Positions 46,401 to 58,864 of a stretch of DNA of 64,000 nucleotides are shown here, in pieces. Source of the stretch: Ascidiella aspersa (Eukaryota); the NCBI GenBank assembly GCA_963924565.1, contig OZ004613.1:10850001-10914000 (forward strand). The letters run 5' to 3'. The translations under genes and the position numbers were made by a program. Every line of letters starts with the position of its first letter. Position 1 is the first letter of the stretch. The notes beneath the pieces were generated by a model. It saw only the letters and a program-made list of their open reading frames with translations. It searched no databases and was not told the origin of the DNA.

Positions 46401-49400
46401 AAGCCACATTATCTAACTTATGCAGGTATGGAAACAAAAAACACGTAAAGTGGGCTTACCCGCGTTTGGCTCTGATCAATTGACTTCATTTCGATTCTGG
46501 CCTGCACCGAGTTCGACTCGCTCCAGTACGCTACGTCTGTGACGTAATCGATGGTGACGTAATGAATTAGGCGTAAAGACTCGGCGGCAAAGATGGTGGG
46601 CGAACGTCCGTCCATCTCCGACAGAACGATTGTAGATGGGATTGATGACCCTTGACCTCGATTGACGACTAGCATTATCCTGCGTAAAGTATAGGAGATA
46701 CACAAAAACAGGTTTAGAAATCTGTATGATTGAATGTAAGCTGTTTAATAGACCTGGCCTAGAGCCGGATTAAAAATGCGATTTTTAGTCTATTATTTTC
46801 AAAACTAGAGCGCAGGTGAAGATCCTACTAAGCCTTACACATATTTTATCGACTGAAACACACACACATAGTTGGTCCACAAAGCAATAGCAGCACAAGA
46901 ATCAGCGACCATGTGTTTAAAAGGCAAAATGTAAACACTGTTACTGCTACTGCTAGGCCTATTTGGGATAAATTTAAAACATACGGGAGAACATCAGGTT
47001 CTTTTTTCCAAATACAACTTTACAAACGAGGTGAAATAGGCAATTTTTCTACTGCATACATAAAAACGATTGGTTAAAAAAACCACAACAATTTAACTAA
47101 GCAGCAACCCAAACGATTATCGTGTTACCTCTTAAACGGATGGACAGCTATCGAAATTGGGTCTTGATACTCAGCCAGTCGAAACACTTCATTTCCCTCG
47201 TTGACTTTTGAAACGGGAATAACTCCGACTTGACCTTTAAAGTTGGATGAAGGTCGTTGGGTTACGTAGAGGTTGAGCGAGATCCAGTCCAGGGCGATTC
47301 CGGCAACTCTGCTTACTATCGAATCAAATAAAAGCAATATTTACATACACAAACGGTTTTAAGACCTTTGAAGTTTTAATTAAATATAGGTACAAAACTG
47401 AAAGCAATATTAAAGATATAAAATATAGCAAGGGCTATCCCAGTTTGCTGGAGATTGTAGAAATAATACATAAAAAACTGAAAGCAATATTAAAGATATA
47501 AAATATAGCAAGGGCTATCCCAGTTCGCTGGGTGTTCACTGTCGTTTGGAATACTTTGCGTATACATTACGTGAATTTCTAGAGCAATTATCTTTGGATT
47601 TCATTAAAACTTCCAATATTTTTTCAACTGGCTTTAATTAATTGACTGATAGGCATGTACCTAAAATCGCGGCTAGCGTTGGTGGAAAGTTCTTTTTTTA
47701 ATTTATTGGACTTCAATAAAGTAAAGAACCGATATACACACTTTACGCAGTGAAAACAACAAGCCACGATTGGTGGTTTGTAACATGGGTCGAGAACCAC
47801 AGAGTTTGAGCTCTCGCAAAAGGTAATATCGATACAACACAGTAATAACGTAATATACTGGTCGCTTGCCTTTTACGGAGTCGGTTTTGTTGGATGAGAC
47901 CTGAAGAGAGTGGATGAGACCAGCGTCGGAATCTGCCCAGATCAGGGTGTTGCTTGCGCTGTGGAAATCCATGCTCAAGACCCTGAAGGGAAATGCACGA
48001 GCATAAGTTATTTATTGGACTTCCGACCACACACGCCGACAAAACTTTTAGCACAAACATTACGGTTTAATTTGCTAATTTTATATTTCGGTCTATTTTT
48101 CTAGTAGTTTCATTTGTTGGTTATTTTGTTATGATGATTGATTTTGTTTAGGGTCATGTTTACAAATGCTAAATTCAATTACATTTAAATGTTGTGAATA
48201 AATGTGTAAAATATAAGAGGTCATTTCAATAGATTTTCAAATTTTCTTACTAATTTTCGTCATGGGAATAAGACCGGCCTTTACAATTATTAAAGAAATA
48301 TCAAAGCCCGCATGATACTCAATATTTTCTTTGTGGTTGAAAATAACAAAAAAAATCCTGATATCCATAACACTTTTCTAAACTTTACCGGAAAATTTTT
48401 TTTTCTACCTTGGGTTCGAGTTGGGCAAGTGGACAACAACTTCCTCCAGCGACGCTTTGGACATCTCCCTTCGCACGATACGATTGTCCGAGACGTAGAA
48501 CAACATCGGAAAGTCTGCAGTTGGAAAACCGACAAGAATCGCAAACTTTTTGGATAACGGTTATTGTAACTTGGTAAAAATTGAAACATTACATACCGCG
48601 TAAAACTTTGCAGTTTATCGAAGAATGTTCATTTTGAACTTCACTGAAAAAAAAGAGTAGGGGGACGTTACATTACGCACATATTTGATCTCTTACACCA
48701 TGCCCGGTCTTGCGGTGGATTGCCGTACAACAATGTTTTTAAACCCATATGGGTCACTACCAAAAATGGGTTGCTGTTTGATTTGGTCGACTGTATAATA
48801 CTTAATTTCGTTTGGCTAAGTAAGATTGGTTCTAAGTAAAAGTTGTGTGAAATCACTATAAATTTTAAATTTATTTATGCGCGTGTATATGTTTAAAAGC
48901 CAGAAGTGGATAATTAGTCTTGATAGCGGGCTGCATGAGAAACAGAAAATGTTTCGGGGGCTGGTTTAAAAGGTAATCTCGACTACAACACAAATTGTTG
49001 ATTTATTTTAAGAATCTTTTAAATATCCTTGTTTTGACAAGCTGACCAGGAATAGTTAGGATGCCTTACAAAAGTAATATTAATTATAATTTTCCGAAGT
49101 CAAGAAAAATAAAAATAGGCTTTATTTTTGCCTTAAAAAAAAGACTTATTTTTGCCTTAAAAAAAAAGACTTATTTTTGCCTTAAAAAAAAAAGACTTAT
49201 TTTTGCCTTAAAAAAAAAAGGCTTATTTTTGCCTAAAAGGTTTTATTAATAATAAGCCGCGGGCCGTTCTTTGCCCAGGTTGGTTTTAATGAAACAAATA
49301 GTTCGGTCAACATCTTTGGTCGCCAAAGAATCAATTTTCTTCCGCTTAGCAATTCGGTCGCAGCGAAAAACATTGTGAACACTGGTGTATAACAGAAACT

Positions 49401-52400
49401 GATCACTTGTCAATATATAATTTGACGTTTTAGGTGCCACTTGACTTCAAGTTACCTGTAGCCTGTAGTGCAACTGCACACTGGGCCATTTGAAATTACT
49501 TGGCAGACCTGCTCACATACGACCTCATTGAGGTACAAATCCTTGTTCCAAATGGTCAGGTTCTTGCGTAGCAGACAACCTTTTGGCTCTATGGCAGCCC
49601 CGAAGTCAAGAAATATTTGCTGAACGACTTGGAATTAAAGATTTGAGTTAGATAACAGAAGTGAATGGTACCTAATTCTAAAAACATAAGCTAAAATTAA
49701 CATACGCCGTTAATTTTCAAATTTGATAATGTTCCGACGAATATTGTTATTATAAGCGTAAATAATCAAAGAAGCGGCTAAATAAATATGCAAGGTTTTA
49801 ATGCCCTAAAAAAATTTTGAATTCATATTCGTTCACTTTGTTTTTAATATACGAGGGATGAACTTGTTCTTTAACCGAGACTTTTTTCCTTACTTTATAC
49901 CAGACACCTTTCTACACAGATATATTACTCTTTCTTCGTCATATTTAGGCTTTGCCGCGTATAAAATACCATATTAACATTTTGTAACAGGGCGGATAAT
50001 CTCATTGATCTTTTACCTGGGCAGTTCATTTCGTCTTCAGGACTCTGATATTCCGGGGTCACATCGCAATCTCCGTCTCCATCGCACAGCCAAATCTCCG
50101 GGATGCAGCTGTTTGTGCTGTTGCATCTTGAAGTGTTGCATAGTTTTTCGTTATTTTCGTGGCGGGCGCAAAGTTTGCTAATTAGGCTTAGCAGTTCTGT
50201 ATATATGTACTTATGTACGCGATTCCCCGTGGAGGTAAACTTGATCTTACTAAAAGTCACTCAAAAATCTAGTTAGTTTACCAGGTAATTAGGCAAATGA
50301 TTTATTTTGTCCGCTGACTGTTATGCATTGCAAATAAATACAGAGATACCACGAAATACTTTACGCAAACTTTAAACTGTACTTTAAACTGTACTTTAAA
50401 CTGTACTTTAAACTGTAGCATAAGGGAAAAATATGGTCGAGTGTGACGATCCAGTATATTTCCGATCTAATTGATTTCAGTTTTTCAATTCTGCTGAATA
50501 TTTTATTATGTAGCCATAGTAAACATGTTGCTATGTGAAAAATTGCCTGGGTGTAAAGCTTTTCAAACGCCCTACTATTACGGTGAAGGCCTCAATGTAA
50601 CAAAAAGCTCGTCTGTGGTCCCAATAACTTCAGTCACGGCAAGTTACCGCCGACTGATGCAAAAAATATAGTTTTTTTGAAACATGTCGAAAGTAAATAA
50701 CCCTCTTTTACCGAACTTCGCCAGGCAAACAAGTACGAAAGGGACAGTCCTTCTCATCGCTTTGGTCGAGACAATCAATGTCGCCGTCGCACCGCCATTC
50801 AAAGGGCAGACATTCCCCGTCACAGAAAAAGTAGCGCTCTGAGCACTTGCTGGGCTCCTGCCAAAAAATCCAGTGGTTAAGCCTCCTGATTTACGTCAAA
50901 CAACTAATCCTCGCCATTTTCGCTACTGCGAAATTAAGCATCTGCCACGAACTGCTTTTAGTAAAGGCAACGTTAAAATGTCAAACGACAGCAGTAAAAC
51001 ACAGCAATTAGTTGTATAATTACGCTTAAAAAACTCATTTAACAAACACGTTGGTGAAACCAAAATAATTTTTTAGCCGAAACGATTATTTTTTTCAGGT
51101 TGACATCAAAATAAAACAAAAACATTATAAAACCGGAGAACAAAGGTCAATCTCCTGCACAAATGTGCAAGGTTGCGTCAAGCCAATTCGCAGCAAAATT
51201 ATTCGACGTAAACATTTAACCGGCACGGTGTTTACCAGCAATAATTACTTTTACGGAATATTTTCCACCACCAATGTTTTATGGATAACATTTTACAAAT
51301 ACACTGGTTGTACATGAAAGTAAATTAAAAGATCTGGAGTAGAAACTGTTAGGGTGTCCAAAATATTTAAGTAAGAATGCATCTAGCCTTAGGATAAAGC
51401 AGCAGATAACTCACCACGCATGCGATTTCGTCGGTTCCACCCAGGCAGTCCCGTTGACCGTTACACACCAGTCCTACTGGAATGCATTTCTCCTCACTAT
51501 CGCAATGCTGGTGGCCGTCCGGACATCGGTCGAATTCTACAATGTTGCAAAGACGCAAATTACAGCCTTTACAAAAAGTGTTTAAGAGGACTTTTATTCG
51601 AAAAAAATACTACGGTAAAATAACTAGACGTAATCGGATTTATCTTTTAAACAAAAAACTCCATTAGTATAGCCTTTATTTATATACACGACATGCACTT
51701 TGACTTAACCAAGTAAAGTGGTTATTTTTATAAAATCGCAAAATTATTGTCAGCTTAGAATTAAAAAGAATATACATTTCGCTTAAACGGCATCTCCTGG
51801 TTATGCATAGTAAAATTCTTGAAACACACGATTATTGTATAATACACGTTGACCATCGTCTAAAACACAATTGCATACCCATCGCTTTGGGAGAACGTGG
51901 AATTTCGTCCGATATCGACCATCAATACTTTAGGGTCGCGACCCACCTGGAGTCGCTACTATACGCTCAATCAAGGAAATCGAACGTTTGAAGATAATTG
52001 CATAGGATTAGATGGCCAAAATTCGCTTTAGTGATAAACATGTGCTTTCAGAAAGTGGAGTTATTCGAATTTTTACTTTACTATTTTTTTTTTAATTATG
52101 TTAAGATAAAAATTTCTGAGTTACATCGCACTTCATGGCCGAAATATATTTTGTACCTTATCGTCACCGATACCGATATTTGCACTTGGTATCGGACAGC
52201 GGCCCGATCCGGTTTTATCGGACATCCCCTACCCGTACCCACACGTATTTTGCTTTATTGTCGAACAAACTGCCAAAAAAATACTAAAAATATGTAAAAA
52301 TAAGCTTAAGCATCCAACTTACGACAGTTCAGCTCGTCAGATCGGTCATGACAGTCCGGTACTTGATCACAACGGTATTTGTAGGGAATCACGTCGCCAT

Positions 52401-52906
52401 CATGACACAACCAGTGAGACGAGATGGTCGTTTCTGTCGAATTAAACGTTAATATTCCTAACAATATTTCTACTGCTTACTACAACCTCTATAAATAATT
52501 TACGGCTCGCCACGGCTCAGTGCTAACATTAATTAAAATATAGAGTTCTGTAATGAAGTTAACAGAGCAGAATATATTTGAGTAAACAAATCAACCAAGG
52601 TATCTCTATAAATCAAGCCCATATCTACGCCAATATGCCGTCCACCGACATACTTTATCTTTTTTATTTTTGTTATTCATTTTTTCATAGGGCTTTGGAA
52701 CCTCGGGGTTGGTGGACTAGCACATTGCCTAAACCCTCCGTTTGTTATATCGAAAAAAGGACTACATTTTGCTACACCAGAAAGCGACAAACATAACCTA
52801 TATAACGCAACTCACCGGTTAGACAAACGTACAGAAAACCCAGCAGCAGCATCAGCAGTAAAAAATTCTGGTGGCAAACACCATTGGAAAAGCCTGATCG
52901 CGCCAT
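40451..52906 (-). CDS. LDL-receptor-family type I membrane protein, ~1028 aa: SP, 4 LDLa, EGF, YWTD propeller, EGF, mucin, CCP/sushi, EGF, mucin, TM, NPxY tail
   Basis: Phase-consistent exons: 52906-52816 (signal peptide MARSG...[15 protein letters not shown]), 52433-52323, 51536-51415, 50857-50712, 50126-50017 (LDLa), 49588-49456, 48643-48597 (EGF), 48514-48409, 47982-47870, 47578-47555, 47315-47129, 46679-46460, 45869-45626 (blades IWAD, YVTQ, LVVN, YWSE, VFGD), 45182-45066 (EGF), 44681-44346, 43815-43672, 43142-42818 (mucin/CCP/EGF/TM), 41974-41862, 41410-41328 (ITNPNY), 41235-41025, 40554-40451. They total 3087 nt with no internal stop. Confidence 0.87.
43338..43410 (+). mobile_element. 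tRNA-derived SINE head / tRNA pseudogene fragment
   Basis: GCCT...AGGC ends, A-box-like TAGTTCAGGTGG and B-box-like GAGTTTGAACC. GAAGGTCGTGAGTT resembles the elongator tRNA-Met variable/T arm. The anticodon arm is missing. Confidence 0.55.
44030..44200 (+). mobile_element. tRNA-derived SINE-like copy with tandem-repeat tail
   Basis: GTCTTGAGTTCAAACCTCACCGCAGGCTAGT matches 43377-43406. It is followed by ~75 bp of body and a (TTTCTGTTA)n tail at ~44158-44200. Confidence 0.55.
49120..49240. repeat. 5-copy ~25-bp minisatellite with variable A-tract
   Basis: (CTTATTTTTGCCTT-An-G[A/G]) x5; probably internal to a decayed MITE whose end is near 49262-49283. Confidence 0.9.
50369..50417. repeat. 12-bp tandem repeat x4
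   Basis: (ACTTTAAACTGT)4. Confidence 0.95.
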
Positions 52907-55151
52907 ACCAAACGAACCGGGCGATGCAAAATAAACAGAATGGAAAAAGGAACAAAAAAAAGTTGACGCGGGCCAACTAGACGACAGTTACGTTCACTTG
53001 CGAGTTTCAGAGCGAACTGCAAGCACTGGAAACTTCTGTCTTGTATTTTTGGAATTCTGCCATCCCAATTTTCCCGCCTTCCAAAGGCTAAGTTCGCCCG
53101 CAAAAATCTTAAACAGCAATTATTGCCCGACTGCGCGCTTTTATTGCTCTTGTGAATTGGCGCCACGGAATTGACCAAACTCGAGTTCCGCGCAATGCGT
53201 AAAGCGCAATGCGCCAAAGGGAGATTGACGCTTTTTGCAGGAGAAACAAGTACGGCTTGGCCCGTGTTCATTGTTTATCGTTTCCTTCTATTTGCACGAT
53301 GTGAAATTATGGTTTATCGTATTGCTTGTTAAAGCGTTTCACGATTACTAGCAATTTAAACATGGAGTCACAAGTTGCGTCGTAATTCCAATAATTTAAG
53401 AAATGTGCTATCCATGAGCTAACTGGTGCGCAAATATACAACCCAAGGCAAACTGTTTTTGTAAATACGTTATAAATTTGCGAAACTGCAAAACAACATT
53501 AACTATAGACAAATTCGGAAAAAATTCATCTGGGAAAGAGTCCAACTTAACACGGCTGAAGACTGTGGATACATAGAAAGATGGGTGAAAACATGAGTGA
53601 AAACATGTGTACATTGCGCGTTATGACAAAAATGTATCGCAAAATCGAAAATTGTTTGCGTGTAGCGCAGCCTGAATGAAGCGTTGAAAACAAGTGAACT
53701 TTAGTTTATATTTTCGAATCACGTCATAGACAGATGATGGACCTCCCTCTATCAGCATTCTTTTGAAGAAGATCTTCTACTGAGCAAATATTTTCTTAGT
53801 GAGTATTTAAGGCTAAGTTAGCAAGGGCCCGGGCAGGTCAATGTTTATTTGTATGGGCGAGTGGTAAACATTTTAAAGATGACTTCACAAAGCGTGACGT
53901 CATGAAACAAATATTCTCAATAAACTCAGAAATGTGCAGTCTATAGTTCCAATAGGCCTACATTCAAAGATATAGCAACAAAGCGGTCGCCCGAAAAAAT
54001 ATCAGAATATTTTGGTAAAATTGGTAAAACGTCTAATTAAAAAGACAGGACAGTTGATGCCTTTAGCACACAATCAATAATCGCGAACTACTCTGCTCAT
54101 TTGCATATATCACAATAAGTTTGCAAATTTATTAGGGCCTTGACCCCACAGATGTATATGGCTGCACAAAAATCAAGTAAAGAATTATCTCTAACCCGAA
54201 AAATACAGTGTGTTTATCCTTATAAATTTCTAGATTGGGCGGTGTTACCTGCACGTACAATACAATATACAATGGCGATAATACAAAGAGGTTATAGATT
54301 GGCTCAAAAGTGTGTAATTAAAATGCCTTATGTAAGTAGCCTTAGTTTTTATCGTTTATCTGGTTTAATTTGGCGAAATTTGCGACTTCAATAGGGGCCA
54401 TTTGCTCTGGATGTTGTGTTCATGGGCGATTAAATGCAGTTGTGCGGAAAATATAGCCCCAACAATACATTCCGGTTTCATGATCCCGAATTATTGCCAA
54501 CGCTACACTGCTGCGTTCAGCACTCTTCAAGACTCATTTTTCATTTTAGTTTGATGTTCTTGCGTAGACATTCCATTAATCGTGTGATAAAAAGTACACA
54601 ACATTGATGATATAAACCGATTTGGAAAACTAATTTACAACAGAGATAGATACATTACGTCACAATCGATAAAGCGGAGTTAAGTGTTGACTTCAACTTA
54701 GCTTCAATGATAAAATGGCCAATGCAAAATGTTCAAAACTATTGTGGGAAAAAATATGGACTTTTTAGTTTTTTGATTTGAGGATGATGTGCGGTAAGCG
54801 CGCATGAGGCAAACTTTACTGCACAAATTGCCTGGTACGGCTGCGAGATTGCTTTCATCAATGCCAAGTTATTTTCTAAAATTAGTTTTGAGCATTTCCG
54901 CGGCCCTCAATGTTTTCAAGGGTAAATTTCGGTACGTGATTTTACTACTTTTTGTAGGTTGGTTTGCAAAATTAGGCCCTTCATTAGTAATCAGCCTTAG
55001 GCCAGCAGTAGGCTACCCTTAATCCAGCCCTGCGGATGTGCGCCTGTAACGGAATGCAGGCTGGCCTCTAGGGATGTCCAATAATGTCAGATAGTAGTAT
55101 CGGTACTCGTCCAATACTAGGGTGGCATTGGAACCGATTCGCTTTATAACT

Positions 55152-55305
55152 AGATGGTACGCAGCGACATCAAAAAGTCACTTGGCTGAGCGCGGCCAGA
55201 AAAGGTTAAGAAACCGCTGCTGTAATGCCAGCGAGTGCGGCTTTAGGTTTGCGGCAACCTAGTCAGATTATACAACTGCGGAATTAGCGGCAGACCAACA
55301 CAGTA
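55152..55305 (+). repeat. ~150-bp segment duplicated at 57531-57678
   Basis: AGATGGTACGCAGCGACATCAAAAAGTCACTTGGCTGAGC...GCGGCAGACCAACACAGTA occurs twice in direct orientation. Confidence 0.9.
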
Positions 55306-56749
55306 ACGAAATGCCTCTTGAAGAATGAGCCAGTGGGCTGTTACAGTAGCCACCGATTTTGCCTATAGTTGCGGCATTGTTCTCGTCTGAACGTTGCAAA
55401 AACACAACGGCTTTGTATTTTTGGCGGTCGCGTTATTTTAAATCACAAAGCAGTGCGGGACAGTGTTGATATTTAAAAAGTCAAGTATATTTGGAGATAG
55501 CGAACAGGGTGTGTTTATATTCTTAATTGTGAAAATAAAGGCTGGATTAAATGAGTTAAAAAGATTTTTACTTCAAAAATAAAGTTGGTTTCTATAGGTG
55601 AACGATTGTACGTACGTATGTTTATTAAGAAAAACTGTGCGGTTTTTATTTTTTTATATTGTGGGTGATTCAGGATAAATGGATTTTTTGAATTTTGTTT
55701 TCTTATATAAGCGAGTTTTATCACTCACCAATCATTAATTTGTTAACTTGTTAGGTTTTGAAACAAGAGGGGATGTGTCTATATACTTTTAATTTATGTG
55801 GTACAATATTAGATTTTAAAAATAAATGAAAAAGCGGGTTTGGTCATCTAATTTTTCAACCTTTTTAAATTTTAAAATAAGAAAAAAGACGTTTGCCCAC
55901 TTTTAATTTGGATGGTGCAATATTTCGCTTTTAGGAAAAACATATTAACGGTTATATTGTTTTCAAAAATATCCAATTTGTTTACTTATGTTGTTGGCCT
56001 AATACCATCCCCTGATACTTGGTCAAGGTACTTCCAATTACCGCCTGTAATAAACGACTATAGTTGCTTTAATGTGCAGAGTATGTCGTTTATCAACGTC
56101 AATACGACGAAAGCATCCCGACTATGCTACCCTATTTTGCGAATTTCAGGGCGATATTCGGCTTTAATAAGAGGAAGTATGGCGATACACAAAAACAAAA
56201 GGCCGTTAGCCAAATGGGAGCTTTCCTATTAAAATTTGTTTTTCCTGTGTTTTTTTTTCACCATTAGTAGTAATGATGTCAACATGTTAAAGTTATTTGT
56301 GTGTATCACACGCTTTGGGCGTCACGCTTTGGGTGTATCACGCTTTGGGCGTTGACAAAGCCATCACTGGTGACAAATTCATTAATGATGTAGCCTACGG
56401 CTTGCATGCCCTATTATTCGACACCGGCATTAAAATTATGTTAATAAAATTAAAGGTTCAAAGATTTTGCTGCTCACGAACATCTTAATAAACCAGCGAA
56501 TTTGGCCCGCGGCGTTCATAACCTATGCAAGTCTCGATTAAACAGTTGCGTTAAGCCGATCTTTAACTTTGAAATTAATTTCAGAGAAACTATATGGAGA
56601 CTTTAAAATTCATTTATGTTCGAGCTTGTCGTCAAAATGTGAATTCTGTTCTGTATCTATCCTACAAAAAGGTACGGTAGAAGGATTCTGAACTGCATTT
56701 ATCATACAGGCAGGAAGTGTTTTCACAAACGCTTTGTATTTCTCTGCAT

Positions 56750-57215
56750 TTAGGTTGTCAAATGCGGCTTGCGGATTAAATCAGACAAGTTGTGGGTTGG
56801 ACAAGAAAAAGAAAGTTTGCTTATAAAAGCCACAGGCGCGCTGGGCGGTGTATGCGCAATATCTCTGATGTGGAAGTGGTTAGGTGCCAATAACTGTCAA
56901 GCAAAAAGCCTAATTGTCAAATAGTATATGTATGTGTCGTTGATAACAAGATATGTGTCTTGCCGAGTGGCCGTGGTTTATTTGACTGTGAAATATATTA
57001 TGTTATTGCCAATAGGATCGGTGGTAATAATAAGGGGATTTACATTTCATGTGATTGTGTTTGGTTGTTTGCATTTTTATTTTCACTTCTGCCTTTGTTT
57101 GATTACAGTTCAGGGTATTTTATTTCTCGTGTTTGGTTTTTCAAGTAGATTTTTAAAACTGATCAAGTCATTAAATAAAAAAATGGTGCATTTATCCAAT
57201 AGTGTGAAACCTTTT
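56750..57215 (+). pseudogene. Decayed relic of a second LDLa-GPCR copy
   Basis: 57032-57212 aligns by eye with 63124-63302 (KGIYISCDCVWLFAFLFSLLPLFDYSSGYFISRVWF vs KGIYISCACVWLFAFSFSLSPLFDYNSGYFVSHVWF), with frameshifts. Cys-rich remnants lie upstream. Confidence 0.75.
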
Positions 57216-57224
57216 TAACTAAGC

Positions 57225-57513
57225 CAGGGTTCCTATACTTTTTCTAACGTATGGTATTAATTTGTTTTTAGATGACGTCATAAATAGGACGTCATAAAAC
57301 AAGTAGACTTAGGAAACCGGCTGTTTTAGGTCCAAAAAATGTAAAACTGAAACGGAGTCTAAATACATTTAAGGAGAAGTCGCAAAAACGTTTTTTTTTC
57401 TGTTAAACCCTGTTCTTCAAATTCGCCCCGAGATTTTAATAAGCCTTCGTGGCCCCCCAAAACTATTCTACCTACCCCCAACGGGTCCACAAACACCAGA
57501 TTAAGAACCCCTG
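57225..57513. mobile_element. Inverted, more decayed copy of the 20921-21256 MITE
   Basis: Ends TTAAGAACCCCTG. Internal GATGACGTCATAAATAGGACGTCATAAAACAAGTAGACTT matches the reverse complement of ~21136-21173. Confidence 0.7.
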
Positions 57514-57530
57514 GTGTAAGTTTTAAATCC

Positions 57531-57678
57531 AGATGGTACGCAGCGACATCAAAAAGTCACTTGGCTGAGCCAGAAAAGGTTGTGAATACGCTGCTGTAAG
57601 GCCAGCGAGTGTAGAGTTAAGGTTTGCGGCAACTTAGTCAAATTACAACTGCGGAATCAGCGGCAGACCAACACAGTA
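57531..57678 (+). repeat. Second copy of the 55152-55305 segment
   Basis: The first ~40 bp are identical; the remainder has scattered substitutions and indels. Confidence 0.9.
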
Positions 57679-58864
57679 GGGGAATGCGGTCGCGTTAAGA
57701 AATGACCATGGCGAAAATCCCGTGTTTTGGTTCTCTCAGAGTAAAAACTCTTTTTTGGTTTTATTTTGGACTTGAACGACCAAGGGTCTTAAAAAGTCAG
57801 TATTTGCTGCGTAATAACCGTTGTTGAACAAATCCCCAATGTGAATAACAATTCCTATTTGTTGAAGTATATTTTGAATGACACATATAAAGGACCAAAG
57901 TCTAAAGTGCTTGGGGCCTTTAAAATGCATGAGCGGACCCTGGTGTTGCGTTCATATTATTTTTATTTTTAGGATGTTTATCGCATGTTGCGCTTCAATT
58001 CAAACCAAATTTTGTAAAATCAAATCTTTAGATTTCAGCGTAGAAAGCGTGATGGCTATTATTTAGCAATTCCCCAACGTGAATAACAATTAGCGTTAAT
58101 GTAGCCCAGGGCAATTTTAGGGTTTCGTTAGGGCACGACAGCTTTCAGTTATGACGTCACAAAGTTACTTAGTGACGTGACTTCATGATACAAGCAACCT
58201 TAAGCGGTTCTGTTTATGGTCGAACTCGCGCGCGAATGCGCAGCTGAAATTTGGTCTAAATATATATTCAAGACGGCGGCAATGCGTTGGAAAGGGTTGG
58301 GTTTTTGTGGTTTAAATCAAATGTCACCAAACTACGGCCTACGGCCGAGCCCGCGGCATATTTCTTTAATAAAAATTAAGTATTTTCTTGTCAAAATTCG
58401 AATTCCAAACTATTTTTAACGACAACTTTAGGATAATCAAGTTAATTAAGTTAGACCACGTATTTCTATCCGGCCCGCAATCGCTAATCGTTGCATTTAT
58501 CCGGCCCTGTATGAACAAAATGTTTGGTGACCAATTCAAACCGACAAACTATTTAATTTAGACGACATGGACATAGCATTGTACATACGATCAATATTCG
58601 CACATTGATATATACTGGCATTTGTCAGGATGATTTGAGCAAATAAGTTGTATAATGGCCATTGATTCCACCTCTGTGCAGAAACCACATCAAATTTTAG
58701 CGGGAACCACAAAATATGGAGTTGTGGTACGTAACCTCTTTGCAGTTGAACTACAAAGCCTCTCTGTTAACACTGCAAACACTTGGAAGTTTGGCACGCG
58801 TATAGTTAAAAAAATCTTCTTCCGATTCCTTTTTGCCTTGATTTTGTATCTAGTCTGTTTAAAG

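Noticed and set aside
48668-48856. ORF with QDRAWCKR as the missing EGF end using non-canonical splice sites
   Set aside because: A canonical 47-nt exon (48643-48597, [16 protein letters not shown]) supplies the last Cys and the correct phase.
52852-53271. 139-aa minus-strand ORF as first exon of the receptor
   Set aside because: It is out of frame with the signal-peptide exon (ATG 52906) and stops before the donor; likely 5' UTR/promoter.
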